Under the pieces are notes generated by a model. The model was not told where the DNA came from and did not search any database. It saw nothing but the letters and a program-made list of their open reading frames with translations. A stretch of 64,000 nt of DNA from the human T2T-CHM13v2.0 reference genome, Homo sapiens. The translations under genes and the position numbers were made by a program. The stretch is taken from assembly GCF_009914755.1 (NCBI RefSeq), contig NC_060930.1; one strand, 5' to 3'. This document shows positions 1 through 12,458 of the stretch, piece by piece; position 1 is the stretch's first letter, and every line of letters starts with the position of its first letter.

Positions 1-299
1 CAAATGTTTAAAGATGAAATAATTCCATTGTACATAATTTTTTAATAAAATAGAGACATGGGGAACACTGCTCAATAATTACAAAATAATAAAAATCATT
101 CCAACAAAGACTCACAAGAATTGTAAGAGGAAAGTTATTTTTCTGAATATTATGGTTGAGAATAGAGCTATGAAGAATCTGAGAGTTAACTTACAGGTAA
201 AGGGTTTCACTAGGCAGATACACAGTCATTCTAATTTGGAGGAATGACATGGAATAATATGAAGTAAAATAGTGTATATGCTTGGGAAGTGGGTACAAT

Positions 300-635
300 T
301 GGACCATCTCATTGGATTCATTTCAGGGACTTTTAGGGCTAGGTTTAGGCTTCAAAAATAGATAATGTCATAACCATACAACAGCTTGCATTCCAAGGAA
401 AGGGGTTTGGATTTTTATTCCGGAAGCAGTTGGAGAGTCAAGGAAAGTTTCTGAGCATGGGAGTGGCACAGTCAAACAGAAATTTTGGAATCTTGATCCG
501 ATAAAAGCTATTTGGCTTTTTATCAGAAAGTTTAGGACAAACAAGACAGGACAATCCTGCGGTGGCCTGCTGTTCCTTGGGAATGGAAAGGAGAATGCAG
601 TACTGAGAGACAGCCTCAGGGTAGATTCAAAGGAC
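300..635 (-). mobile_element. L2 LINE fragment (degenerate)
   Basis: ggatttttattcc...gaaagtttctgagcatgggagtggcacagtcaaa resembles the reverse complement of the L2 3' region; boundaries approximate. Confidence 0.55.
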
Positions 636-860
636 ATCAGCCCCAAAATAATCACATTCACATTCTCTAAGTATCAAGATTTAAAATGAATAGGCTACTG
701 CAGGCTGTCATTTCTAAGCCCCAAATGAACCTCATATGGGGTGAAATTTTATCAGTAGTACCTTACCTGTGTGAGAAAATAAATATTACTTCAATTTGTG
801 CTGTATTCTTGATCTGTTAAAACAAACTAAATATGGCCTGAGAAGGACCCTGTATTTCTA

Positions 861-1230
861 AAAATACAGAGTATGTATGCTAAAAACTAGAATTAGCTAA
901 ACATAAAATTACCTGTGCAGCTGCTGAGACTTGTGGCCTTTGGAGAAATACATCAAATGTAGATTATAAAAATTCAGTTGTAGGGGATTAATGAAAAGAC
1001 ATTTAGTCAAGTGAGTAAACTCCTCATCTAGCTCATTCTTTTATCTACTTAATTTTAGGTGGTTTGGATTATGGGGACCCTGGGTATGGAGCATATTCCA
1101 AACTCTTGGTTTTATCCTCCCAATAGTCATAATAATAGCCTCCCTGATGCACTGTATTTTCTCAAAGTTTTTAAATGTTTGCATGCAGCCATCTCTAGAA
1201 CCTCAAATAGTCTCTCTTCAACAGGAATGA
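861..1230 (+). pseudogene. ERV env TM-subunit remnant
   Basis: 911-955 reads TCAAAETCGLWRNTS (decayed CX6CC-region motif); 1060-1230 reads WFGLWGPWVWSIFQTLGFILPIVIIIASLMHCIFSKFLNVCMQPSLEPQIVSLQQE* (membrane anchor plus cytoplasmic tail). Confidence 0.75.
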
Positions 1231-1753
1231 CAAAAGCTGAAAGAAATGTGTGACCATGAGGACACTGTAAACCATGAATGACATGCTGAAACCGGAAACC
1301 CAGGATGATCATAACTGAGAGTGGCGCTAACATCATAAGTTTTAGTCATACTCTCACCTAAGTAAGAACCTGGCCAGAAAACGGGAATATTTTTTAAACA
1401 AAATTATGGGAGGCCATTATTTTGGACTGAGCTCATGCACTAGGCCCCAACAAACCAAACTAAAATAGAGTCACTCATGCTAAATATGACATAGTCAAGC
1501 TAAGCCTTTAAGAAAACACATAGATGCTAACATGAACAGACCAGGTTTTGTTTTTCTACTGTTAACAGAATGTTCCAGCATAAGGAGGTACCCTCTACTC
1601 GGTCCTTATTACCTCTTTGTAAAACTCATTGTTCTACTGTTTCCCAGTGAGTTTCAAAACCATATAAGTACATTTACGATCGTGATAGTAACATCAATGA
1701 CTAAGGTTTTGGTCAATCTCTCAATGTTGAGAAAATGACCAAAAGGGGAGAAT

Positions 1754-2177
1754 TGTCAGAGCAAACTAAATGTGGTCTGAGAAGGACTCTATACTTCTAT
1801 AGTTGCGTCCTTGTGGAGGAACTGTAACCTAGCTTAATAGACAAAATTAAAAACCTAACTTATTAGTACATACCTGTAAAAATAGCTGAATGTTGGCCAA
1901 TCCCGGTGGCTATATTTCAACCACTCATAGACTGTGTAATGTTCAAACTGCATTCAAATAAGGCAATTCCTGAGCTATAATCAGTCTCACTCTTTCTGTA
2001 CCTCACTTCTGGTTCCTGTATGTCACTTTTTTTGGTCTATAAATTTGTTCTGACCATAAGGCACCCCTGGAGTGTCTGTGAATCCGCTGTGATTCTGGGG
2101 GCTACCTGATTCGTGAATCGTTCATTAATCAATTAAACTCTTTTAAATTTAATTTGGCCAAAGTTTTTATTTTATCA
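1754..2177 (+). mobile_element. MER57 3' LTR (~424 bp)
   Basis: matches recalled MER57A/B consensus (caaactaaatatggcctgagaaggact...gctgtgattctggggg...attaaactc); CCAAT 1897-1901, TATAAA 2038-2043, ATTAAA near 2132. Confidence 0.88.
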
Positions 2178-2829
2178 GATCTAAAATGACACTTAAATTT
2201 AGTCCCAAATATCTGTGCATGAAATCTATTTTAGGTAAGACCCACGAAGCTCGCTGCCACAATTTTTAACACAACACTAAGTTCAAGTAAATTTATAATG
2301 GGAAGCAATTATCTATATACATTGTACATATATTAGATTTTCTATTGACTTTAGGAAGATGAACTGATCTTCTGAATTTGAAAATGATCAATGCTGATTA
2401 AATCAGATATATTTTATGTCATCTATAGTTTTATTCTTTTGCTTTCAAAATGAAACTGGACTAATGCATGTTTTTCTCTCCTCAATTAACTAAGGTCTAT
2501 GTCCACATATCTCTGAGGTAGCATCTAATCCTCTACATTTCTCTAGTGAACATTGTCAGGGGACTAAGGCAGACAAGAATATGATATGCTGTGATTTCAC
2601 AGCAGTAAATAAACCACAGCAATGAAATTAACATTGTGAATTTGTTAACAGGGCAATTGATATATGATGATTTTCATGACAATCATTGTAAAGAAAGACG
2701 CTGTTTCCATGCCACTCTACTCCAAGCAAAAAATCAAAACAAACAAAAAGCCCTTAAAATATGAATAGTTCGTGTCGAAGGAAAATTATGAATACTTTAA
2801 GTGCTGTTCTTTTGAGTGAATATAGAAAA

Positions 2830-2950
2830 TATTCACTCACCCCTTCATTCATTTGTTCAACCAGCATGTGCTGAGTTTTGCTCTCCCTTGGGCACTGCAG
2901 TGGTTTGAAGTGAGTGAGATCCAGAGCCCTCCGTAAGGGGAACAGGGACC
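2830..2950 (-). mobile_element. L2 3' end
   Basis: ttcattcatttgttcaaccagcatgtgctgag is the reverse complement of the L2 tail. Confidence 0.6.
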
Positions 2951-3289
2951 AGCACTCACGTAACTCCAGAAAATTACTAAGGTAATATTGTAAGCAAAAG
3001 CTCCCCTTAAAACACTTCGCAGGCTTGAAAACAATTTTCAAAAATCATGAAAATGAAAGAATGCATAAAATCCCTCACATTTCTCAAGTCTTACAGCTCC
3101 ATAAGATTATGAAATTATAAAATATTGTTTTATTTTATAATAGTTTTTAAAGTTTTAAAATATCATCCTAGCAATGTTTAATGCAAAAATACTCTCCTTA
3201 AGAAGTCATTTGCACACAATAAGCACTTACTGTCTGACAGACACTGTAACAAGAGCTGTTCCTTTGCTGAAAAAGCTCACAGTCCAATG

Positions 3290-3500
3290 GTAGGACTCCT
3301 ATTTGCATGCACCTTACAATTTACCAAGGGATTGTTTTTTAACCCATTTGATTCTAACAACATCCTGTGAATTAGGGAGGCAGGTAATGTGCTATTTTTC
3401 TAGAGATCAGCTAGAACACCAAGACCTCACGTTTGTACAGCTGGTAAGTGGTGAAATAAACATGAAACATCTAACTCCTAATCCAGTGCTCTTTCAAATG
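3290..3500 (-). mobile_element. MIR/MIR3 fragment
   Basis: catttgattctaacaacatcctgtgaatt...cagctggtaagtggt...tccagtgctctttc, MIR-like. Confidence 0.55.
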
Positions 3501-3699
3501 CAACACACACAAACACATATTCCCTTTCAAGTTTTCTGCTGCACATGGTCGTGAAATTGCGGGTTTACACCAAATGTGAAAATGTTGGTTTACATTTTCT
3601 TAAGTGAAATCTCTCACTGTATCAGATTATGACTCCATCATCAGGTGGCTGATGTACAAGGAAAAGAGTAGGCTTTATAATTATACAGGGCCAATTACA

Positions 3700-4075
3700 T
3701 GGCGGGTCCTGTCTTACCACAATACATGTATTAAATTAACTAATCCTCAGGATAATCCTAGAAAGTAACCTTCTGTTATCATCCACTGTGTTATCATCCT
3801 CATAATAATGGATCTCCTCATATCCATTATTATAATCCATAATAATGGATCCTCATATCCATTATTATGAGGAAATTTGCTTTATATAAGAAACACGAAA
3901 GTTAAATAACTTGCCCAAGTTGATATAATTAGAAAGTGACAGGGATTTATTAGGTTGGTGCAAAAGTAATTGCGGGTTTTACCATTACTTTCAATGGCAA
4001 GAACCACAATTACTTTTGCACCAATGTAATAACATGACACAATTTGGCTCTAGAGCTAGCCCTATAATATCTCAT
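3700..4075 (-). mobile_element. MIR interrupted by a compound palindrome and by Made1
   Basis: taatcctcaggataatcct...gttaaataacttgcccaag MIR core. Confidence 0.6.
3950..4029. mobile_element. Made1 (MADE1) MITE, Hsmar1-derived, 80 bp
   Basis: ttaggttggtgcaaaagtaattgc...caattacttttgcaccaatgtaa; TA TSD at 3948-3949 and 4030-4031. Confidence 0.95.
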
Positions 4076-4969
4076 GATATTTAAGAGAGAAAGGCTATTT
4101 TTCTGCTCCAAAAGATACTCATTAGCCAGGTGCAATGTCTGATATATATTTCAACAGTTACATTTTAAGGCAAATATCAGCATGTATCAGTATTCCATAC
4201 AACTTACATTTCGAACCACTGCCTGATAACATTTTAGCATGAATAATAGCAAGCTAGTTACATAGCTTGGCTATTAGGATTGGGTCACAGGATAGAAATA
4301 TTTTGAAGGGAATGAATGTAGATTGATCAAAAGCATAGAAAACCTTCTAGAAGGTTAGGGCTGCGTGTGGGCTGGTATAAAGGTGCCCTTGGGAAAAAAG
4401 GGGATGCTATGAGAACACTGAATGCTTAAACTGGGGAGGAAGAGGGAATAATGAGCCCAAGAGAAAAAGTCAGTTGTCAACAGACATCCCACAGAGTTCT
4501 CACTCTGAGGGTGTAAGTAGACACGTCACCTCATTATACTATAATGAAGCATGTGTTCTCATAAAGATGTGTGCACAGTTCAGAGAAGGTCTGAAAAAAC
4601 CCTGATTGACTTCACAAGGGTAGGGAGAAAGGTCAGAGAAGAGACATATCTGAGGAGGTAGCTCCTAAGGAATGGACAAAAGATCGCCAGGCAGAAAAGG
4701 GGTTACAGTAGGCGGCTATTGTGATGTTTTGATTTCTGGAGCATTCAAACAACAAAATGATTGAAGTATTTTAAATAAGTAGCAAAACATTTTACTTTAC
4801 TACTAAAGATAACATATTTCAAAATGAGGTAGTATAATGGAATCATCAAAATAACTGATAATAGATTCTTTTCTGTGACAAGTTTGAGTAGATAACAAAC
4901 CAACCAGAAGGCACTAAATGTCATGAAAAATGGGGGAGAAGGGCCTCGCTACAGGAAGTGGCAGGAGAC

Positions 4970-5175
4970 ATAGCATTTAATGAGTTCCTCCTATGTGGTA
5001 GTTTTTTGCTTATATCTTTTAATTGTATTTTCAAAACAAATCTACCTGATGTTATGCCCACTTACAACTGAGAAAACAGAAGTCTAGAGAAGTATCTGCC
5101 ACCAGTAAGTGGGAGACCTAGAATCTGAATCCAGGCAGGTATGATTCTCAAGTTCATGCTCTTTCTAGAGTATCA
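4970..5175 (-). mobile_element. MIR
   Basis: gcatttaatgagttcctcctatgtgg...ttacaactgagaaaacaga...gaatccaggcagg. Confidence 0.6.
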
Positions 5176-6009
5176 TTTGCTCCATTCTCCCTGCCTTTTT
5201 CACTCTAACCTCCTTAGGAAATACAGATGGGAGAGTTCCATCGAGGATCTAAAAAAGCCTCCTTCAGCAATGCCCCAGCAAACCCTTGTTTAGGCCTAGC
5301 TAGTGGAAACTTAGAGGAGGAAGAATCGGGAGAATTAGCAAAGCTTTCTTCCTTCTCCTGAATGCTCTTTGCCTTGGAGCAAGGTGTTCCTTTTGTTGCC
5401 ATGTGTCTTCAGCTCTGGAGATCTGATTGGGGTCAGGAAGACCAGAGAGGACAAAGCAAAGAGGGATACTTAAGACTTGACTATACATAATAAGGCTTTA
5501 AAGGAAAGGAGAAAGGATCTTGAGGTTCCTACATTGCCCAGTAGAGTACTGCAGGACAGAAGAGCAGAAAAGGTTTAAAGCAAAAGCCCCAGGTAGGAAA
5601 AAGAGTCCAGATGGATTCATATTAGAACCTAAGCACAAATGTAGGTGGCTGGATAAGACACAAGTCTTAGAGAGGTGAAGTTTCCCTAATGTACATGACC
5701 AAAGGAGAGAGAGCTGCAGCAACAAAGTTACAGGCAGCCAGTCTTCCCAATTCTTTCTAGCATCATTAAAGGAAATAGAATGGTGGAATGTTCCTGGAAA
5801 GGACCTACCCAGCTGTAACATCAGAGGGTAGGAGACAGGGTATGCATAGGAAACATATTGAGTAGAGATCCAAGGAGCTAGTGAATGCCAAGGAAGTTCT
5901 CAAGAAGGATGACAATCCCCAGGTAAAGGGTGAATTGTGGTTAACTGTTATCTAGGATCTTCTCACTCTCCTTTATCCAGCACTCCCTTCCCTCTCCTCA
6001 TATCAGGAT

Positions 6010-6480
6010 TATGACACTGCTCTGAAATCATAAGCAGCTTCCTTTTATTTAGGGAATGATCCACACTTCTCTGGCAGGCATTCAGTATGCTTTCTAATGT
6101 GGCCCAACTTCCCTTTCCAACCTGGTCTTCTATTCCTACTATAGGAACCCTCCACCATGTTAAACTGATATATGCCCCATTTCTAAATAAATGTTGTTCT
6201 TTCCTACCTTCATGCCTTTTTTCTCTGTATTACCTCTGCCCCAGTGCCCCTCCTTTATTTCCTACTCTCTTGCCCACTCTGAAGCTTATACACAGTATGG
6301 AGTGCACAAAAGTTGTCCCATAGAGCCTACATCCAGGTTATATTTCTCTGTCTTATCTCCTTGATACTTTGTAAACTCTTGAAGGCCAATGAAATACCTA
6401 TTTAAACTATTAATCCAAGGCATAATTCCTTATACACTACGGACAGTCAACATATAACAAATAGATGAAGATACTAAAAG
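6010..6480 (+). mobile_element. L2 3' region
   Basis: pyrimidine-rich L2-like body ending tgtaaactcttgaaggc...aaatagatgaa. Confidence 0.5.
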
Positions 6481-6499
6481 GAATAATGACTATGTTGAC

Positions 6500-6870
6500 T
6501 AAGGAGACCTGGAAGGATTATTTGCCAATATTTAGTCTAATGTCTTCATTTTAGAGATGAGGAAATTTAATTCCAAGGAAGTTGACAATCTTGATCTGTA
6601 TAATAACCAGTAGAGCCAGAGCCAGGACTAAGAGGAACAGCTAACATAATTTGACTATCTACCAGGCACCAGGGGCAGTATAAGACTACTAATTTCAACT
6701 TAATTTATCCTTTCAACAATTCTATGAGGTAGTTCACTAGAAAGAAAGTCACACAGAAAGACTTGTAATTCACACCATATCATATTGCTTTGTAAATGGC
6801 AGAATCAAAATTTGAAATATACTCAAACTGGTGGCAAAGTACGCATGTTTAACCATGACTCCATTCAATT
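6500..6870 (-). mobile_element. two MIR fragments
   Basis: cattttagagatgaggaaatt MIR core; ctaacataatttgactatctaccaggcac. Confidence 0.55.
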
Positions 6871-7949
6871 AGGGCTTCTGGTAATCTAGCCATCATTTTA
6901 CTATGCCGTTATATCTCCAGTCTGTTAGCTCAGTAGTTTATTTCATGTGCACAAAGAAGGGGACATAAAAATATGGGCTAACCACAGGTTCTTGCTATAA
7001 AAGGAAAAGCTTAGAAAAAAATCACACACGTAGGCATTCACTGATAGCACTAATAAAGCTAATAAATAAAATGAAATTAGTTCAAGCCAATAAGTGATCC
7101 CAGTTAAGAAATGAAGTATAGACCCTACTTAAATTTGCTACTTAGTCGTCCTCACAGCAGTAATAAACAGACACATCCTTTGCCGAAACACAAACTTAGT
7201 TATTCTGAATCCACAATATCTTCCATTTCTATTGTCATATATTTGAAAGAAAAAAATTACACCATATTGGTAGCATTCATGGAGGTTTTGGAGTTTGTGT
7301 TGTTATTGATGATTATGGTATAACGGTAACAATATCTCAATTCCAAGTTTTCTTCATGTACAAGTAAGTTTATTTTCTAGAGCTTCAGAAACTAAAGCCT
7401 GTCTCACAGAAATGAATTTTGAATTGTTTTATGCTTAGCTTTCCCTGCTAATTAAATTCCAGTTTATAATTTATAATGGTGTTCCCTTTTATTATTCATT
7501 TTATTTCTGTGTGAGCTATCTCTAGATTAGAATTTTGAAATTTTCTCAAGAAAATGTAAATCTTGACTTTCTGTTAATTATAAGAGGAACTGAAAAAGCA
7601 AGTGAGCAGTATTTTGATTTTCTCCGAAGTTGTATATTTGTAGTTAAAATCCACAGTTTTGAAGGTTACCCCAACCAGACCCCCACCGATTGGGAGCATC
7701 CTCTTTACAACATCTTGGATGGTAGACTCTGCTTTCCCAGCTCAGCCCAATAGATCCTCCCGAAATTCAATTGTGTCCCTGCTGCTGTGCTACTCACAGC
7801 CCTTCTGGTTTTTTGTTGTCCACCCTCCTTAACATGGCTTACCCATTCATGCCTTGGGTCCTTCCCACCTTCCAGCCTCCTCTCTCACCCCTCCGGTTCC
7901 AGCAGTCTATTTACCACCATGTTGCATTTTTTTGTCACTGAACATCTAG

Positions 7950-8660
7950 AGAACAAACCTAACACTTCTTCCTCATGACCATCTCTCAAATATTTAAGTA
8001 CAGCTATTGTGTACAACCTAAGTTTTCTATTATTCAGTGTAATCAATTGCTCCAATTCTGGTCATTCATCAATAATTATGTCCCACTCTGTCCATGTCTT
8101 TGATAAAACCTGATAAAGCTGAATACAAGATTTCAATATGGTCTGTTCTGTTCAGAGAATAATGGGCTTTTACATTCTTTGGTCTGGGCGCTAAACTTCC
8201 ATTTATGCAAAAGATATTGGAAGCCTTTTCATCATTCACATCCACTATGTTGTACTGGCCAACTAAAACCTTATACTAATTTCCATTAAGTTAAAGTTTC
8301 CAAAATCCGTATTTTGCATTTAATGTTTTAAACATAGGTATGGTTATTTATACTCATTTCTGTTGAATTTCATTAATATTTTATTCACCATTTCACCCTG
8401 TTGACAATTTTCATCTTTCAGAAGCCTATGTCTGTTATCATTCAGAAATTGGACAAACTGGCCACCTTTGTCTTCATTCAAGTTATTGATAAAGTTGAAA
8501 AGGAAAGGGCCACATACTTTGACGGCTGCTGCCATATTACTATCCTCAAAGTCATATTTCTCCATTTCACTCATGATGAAATTTAGAGACTCAAGAGTAT
8601 CTAAATAATATTACACGTTCTTGATAAATTCATGTTAGCTATTTGTCATTTAAAAATCCT
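7950..8660 (-). mobile_element. L3/CR1 LINE reverse-transcriptase fossil
   Basis: ORF 8344-8574(-) contains GPFLFNFINNLNE...MKFNRNEYK, resembling CR1 RT GPVLFNIFINDLD...MKFNxxKCK. Confidence 0.75.
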
Positions 8661-8998
8661 CATATTCCTTTTTGGAAACACATTAAGCATTGAAATCACA
8701 TTTATAATCCCAGAATGACCTTTTCTGCTTAGAAAACATAGAAAAAATGACTTATAAACCTCCTCTACTTTCCATATTTTTAAGATAATTTATAATGGTT
8801 CTACAATTGTATTAGCAACTTCTTCATTATAAAAGAAATATGCTATAATCATCTCCTTACCTAGGCTGGGATTTGACTTTTTTCTTAACCACAGTGACCC
8901 TACTTTTCCTAATGTGAAAATCATTTCTTTTGATAGAAAAGACAGAAGTAAAAAATGAGTTAGAATTCTAAAATATGAGTTGGTTTCCATGTAATTTA

Positions 8999-9388
<390 letters not shown>

Positions 9389-10178
9389 TATTTTTCTGAC
9401 TCAGTCACTTTCAGTAGAATTTCAGAGAGCCATAACCTGTCTTCCATCCACTCCAACTTTCCCCAAACTCATTAAGGAAGCCTTGATGGGCCTTATACTT
9501 GTGCTTCTGAATGTATGGGTGAATGAGTTCCTTCATTTCCTGGTGGGCAATAGTGCTCCTTTATCGTGGCCAAGAGCACTATTGTCAAAGCTTTAGCATC
9601 CTGCTTTCCATTCCGCTGCTCCCATCTATGGTGTCACAGTCCCAGACTGCCAACCCCAAACCTCCACTCCACTGTTGTGGGCACACTACCCAGGGTTCCA
9701 TGTCTCTCTGACTCCTGCCCACTCTGATGTCACCTGCTGCTTGCCTGCTGTGTCTCCTTGATACAGAACAGTCACTTTGCTGAAGCAGAGGAAAGCCTTT
9801 CACCCATGACCAGCTGTGTGGGGGGTGTTACTTTCTACTCTTTTCCAAGTTCTAACACAAATTTCTGTAGTTGAGGGTTTTGATAATCTGAGTAATACAC
9901 CCAGGCATATCCCAGACTCCCCATGCCTTCTGAGAGACCCATTGTTTTCAGCATACTCTTGGACCTAGTCTTTTTGTTACATTAGGATAAGTTATTTCCT
10001 ACAGGAAACTCCTGCTCCTCATAAAAGAAGCATTTTCCCTATAGCCAAATAGCACCTGTCTTCCTTTTCTTGGGTATATTTGACCCTAGAATTCTACAAC
10101 ACAATTAGAAGATTGTATAATATTTCAGATTTGTGGTAACTTAACGCTTTCACAAGAATACACACACACACACAGATA

Positions 10179-10806
10179 CAGTTGAGTCTTATTTACAGTA
10201 GTTAAGTTCTAGAAAGTTACATCGATCCCTGAATTAGCAAATACTGAATTATTGCTCCTAGGGGAAATACAGAATTAGTTTCATGTGAGCCTCTAGTGAC
10301 ATTTTTATCAAGTGATCAATATATAACCTTGTTTTATGTGCATTTCTGTAAAAACACCTTATTTAATATATATTACTGATTCATTAACATTGATCTAACA
10401 GTCAATAGCACAATAACTCAAGCCTACACTCATGTATTTCTTCTGGGAAACACACCACAGCTTTGTTGCACTGAGGAATGCTAGACAGCACTTCACCACT
10501 ATGCTTGGGGGCCATTTGAACAGCAAAATCACGAACAAAAAATACAAACATGCAAAAAGGTGCCAGTGAACATACCGTGAAGAGAAAGAACCCTTATTTA
10601 CACTGTGAGAAATGAAACGAGAAAGCAGAGGGCAGAGAGTCACCTTGTTCCACGTAAGCTGGGAACATGCGCACATTGTGTGACAAATTTTTCATCACCC
10701 TGCATATGCCCAAAAATGACCATAAAAGTAGCAGAGTATTGACTTGGGGGTTACAAAATTCAGTGCACATGCAATTTTGTGAATCTGAAATAATGAGGCT
10801 CCACTG
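10179..10806 (-). mobile_element. MER82 (TcMar-Tigger DNA transposon)
   Basis: cagttg...ccactg termini, left TA; internal match to recalled MER82 consensus (aaatggcccccaagc..agtg..gtgctgtctag). Confidence 0.9.
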
Positions 10807-11059
10807 CATGTGTACTGGCTATATGTATAACCTCATTTTTTGAGGGTTTCAGTGAGTGTAGTGCCAGGGAGAAACCACTCTCCTGCTGGGCGCTTCATCC
10901 CCTCCCTTCCTCCCACCTTGCCTTTGAAACTCTAACTCACTTTCCACTTGGTAAACAGCAACCCTCATAACCACTGGGGAGGGGCCCTCTTCTCTGTACT
11001 GTTTCCTTCATCTTTCAACCAGTAACTTTATCTCCAGTCCTGGAATTATTCTTTTATTC

Positions 11060-11390
11060 CCAGTCTAAGTTTTGTTCTTTAAGAATATTTTTATCTTCCT
11101 TGTTGGTATTATAACGAATGTTACATAGGCAATATATAAATAAAAGAATGTTCAGTGAATTTTACATTTCCCCCCTCACCGCTGCTCCTAGTCACCTAGT
11201 TCCTTTTCTTCTCGGCAGGGGCAACCACTCCCACATTATTTATGTATCTTTCCAGAGATATTCTATTCATATCCAAGTGCAACAGTTTCATGTAAATAGT
11301 ATCCCTCTGTATAAATATATATATGCATCTTGCTTTTTTCACTTATTGATGAATCTTGGGGGTAGTTCACACCAGTATACGTAATCTGGC
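11060..11390 (-). mobile_element. L1ME-type 3' UTR fragment
   Basis: ggcaaccact...gtatctttccagagatattcta...cttgcttttttcactta. Confidence 0.6.
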
Positions 11391-11969
11391 AAACATTATA
11401 TAACCATTATCCTCGTATTACATTGTGCGGGTAATCGATATGTTACACACAATTCATGGGATGTCTTTGATCCTTTGATACTTATGCCATCAGAATAATC
11501 ATCTTCTGCTTCCATGTAAGACTTGAACAGAGCACATGACTTGATTTATATGCCTTTGATAACTTGAGTCTCAATACAGAAATTAGAATGCCCAGTCCAA
11601 GGTATTATTCAAATGCTTGGATCTGCATTCAAAGGTTAGGCTCTCATGCCAAGGCATGATTTTGGTGGCTGCTTGGCTGCATTGAAGCAGAGGTTATGGT
11701 GGGTGTTTCTAGCTGCTCCTTTCCCACTGGGGCAGGGATACTCTTCCTCACTATCTGATACTTACAGAAGGATTAAAGCAGACTCTTTCTTTTGATGAAT
11801 GCTTCCCTGAGTTCCCCAGAGAACCATTGGTGGAAAACTATCTCTTGCATTTCCTTTGACTGAGGCAGATCTGAGTCCTGGGTATAGCTACTGGCAACAG
11901 CTTCTGACTCCTTCCTTGTCCACCTTCCTTGCTATCATGTTTCCTAGTCCAGGGGCTATGCAGAACTCC

Positions 11970-12458
11970 TGTAGTAATTTCCTTGCTGCTCTAACAATGT
12001 ACCACAAACTCAGTGGCTTGAAACAACACAAATGGAGTATCTTACAGTTCTAGAAGTCAGAAGTCTGACATGGGTATCAGGAGGCTAACATCAAGGTAGC
12101 TGCAGGGCTGTGTTGCTTCTGGGGGCTCTAGAAGAGAATCTATGACCTTGACTTTTCTAGATTCCAGAGGCTCTCTGCATTCCTTGGCTCATGTTTCCTT
12201 CCATCTTTAAAACCAACAATGGCCAACTGAGTCTTTTTCATGCTGCATCGTTCTGACACTAACTCTCTTGCCACCTTTCACTTACAAGGACCCTTGTGAT
12301 TACATGGGGCCAAGGATAATCTCTCCACCTCAAAGTTGGCTGGTTACCACTTTAATTCTGCCTGCAACTTTAATTCCCTTTGCCATGTAACTTACATTCA
12401 CAGGTTGCAGGAATCAGGATATGGATATCTTTGGGAGGTTGTGATCTTGCCTACTACA
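11970..12458 (-). mobile_element. MLT1D-like MaLR solo LTR
   Basis: tgtagt...accacaaactcagtggcttgaaacaacacaa...ttgcctactaca. Confidence 0.85.

Larger units (their letters stand above)
815..2177 (+). mobile_element. MER57-family ERV1 provirus, internally deleted (5' LTR stub + env 3' end + PPT + full 3' LTR)
   Basis: TG...CA termini flanked by a 4-bp TSD GATC (811-814, 2178-2181); 815-860 repeats the start of the LTR at 1754; polypurine tract aaaaggggagaat precedes 1754. Confidence 0.9.

Noticed and set aside
3950-4029. Naming this a specific MIR548 gene
   Set aside because: Thousands of similar Made1 copies exist and I cannot confirm an exact match to a catalogued hairpin
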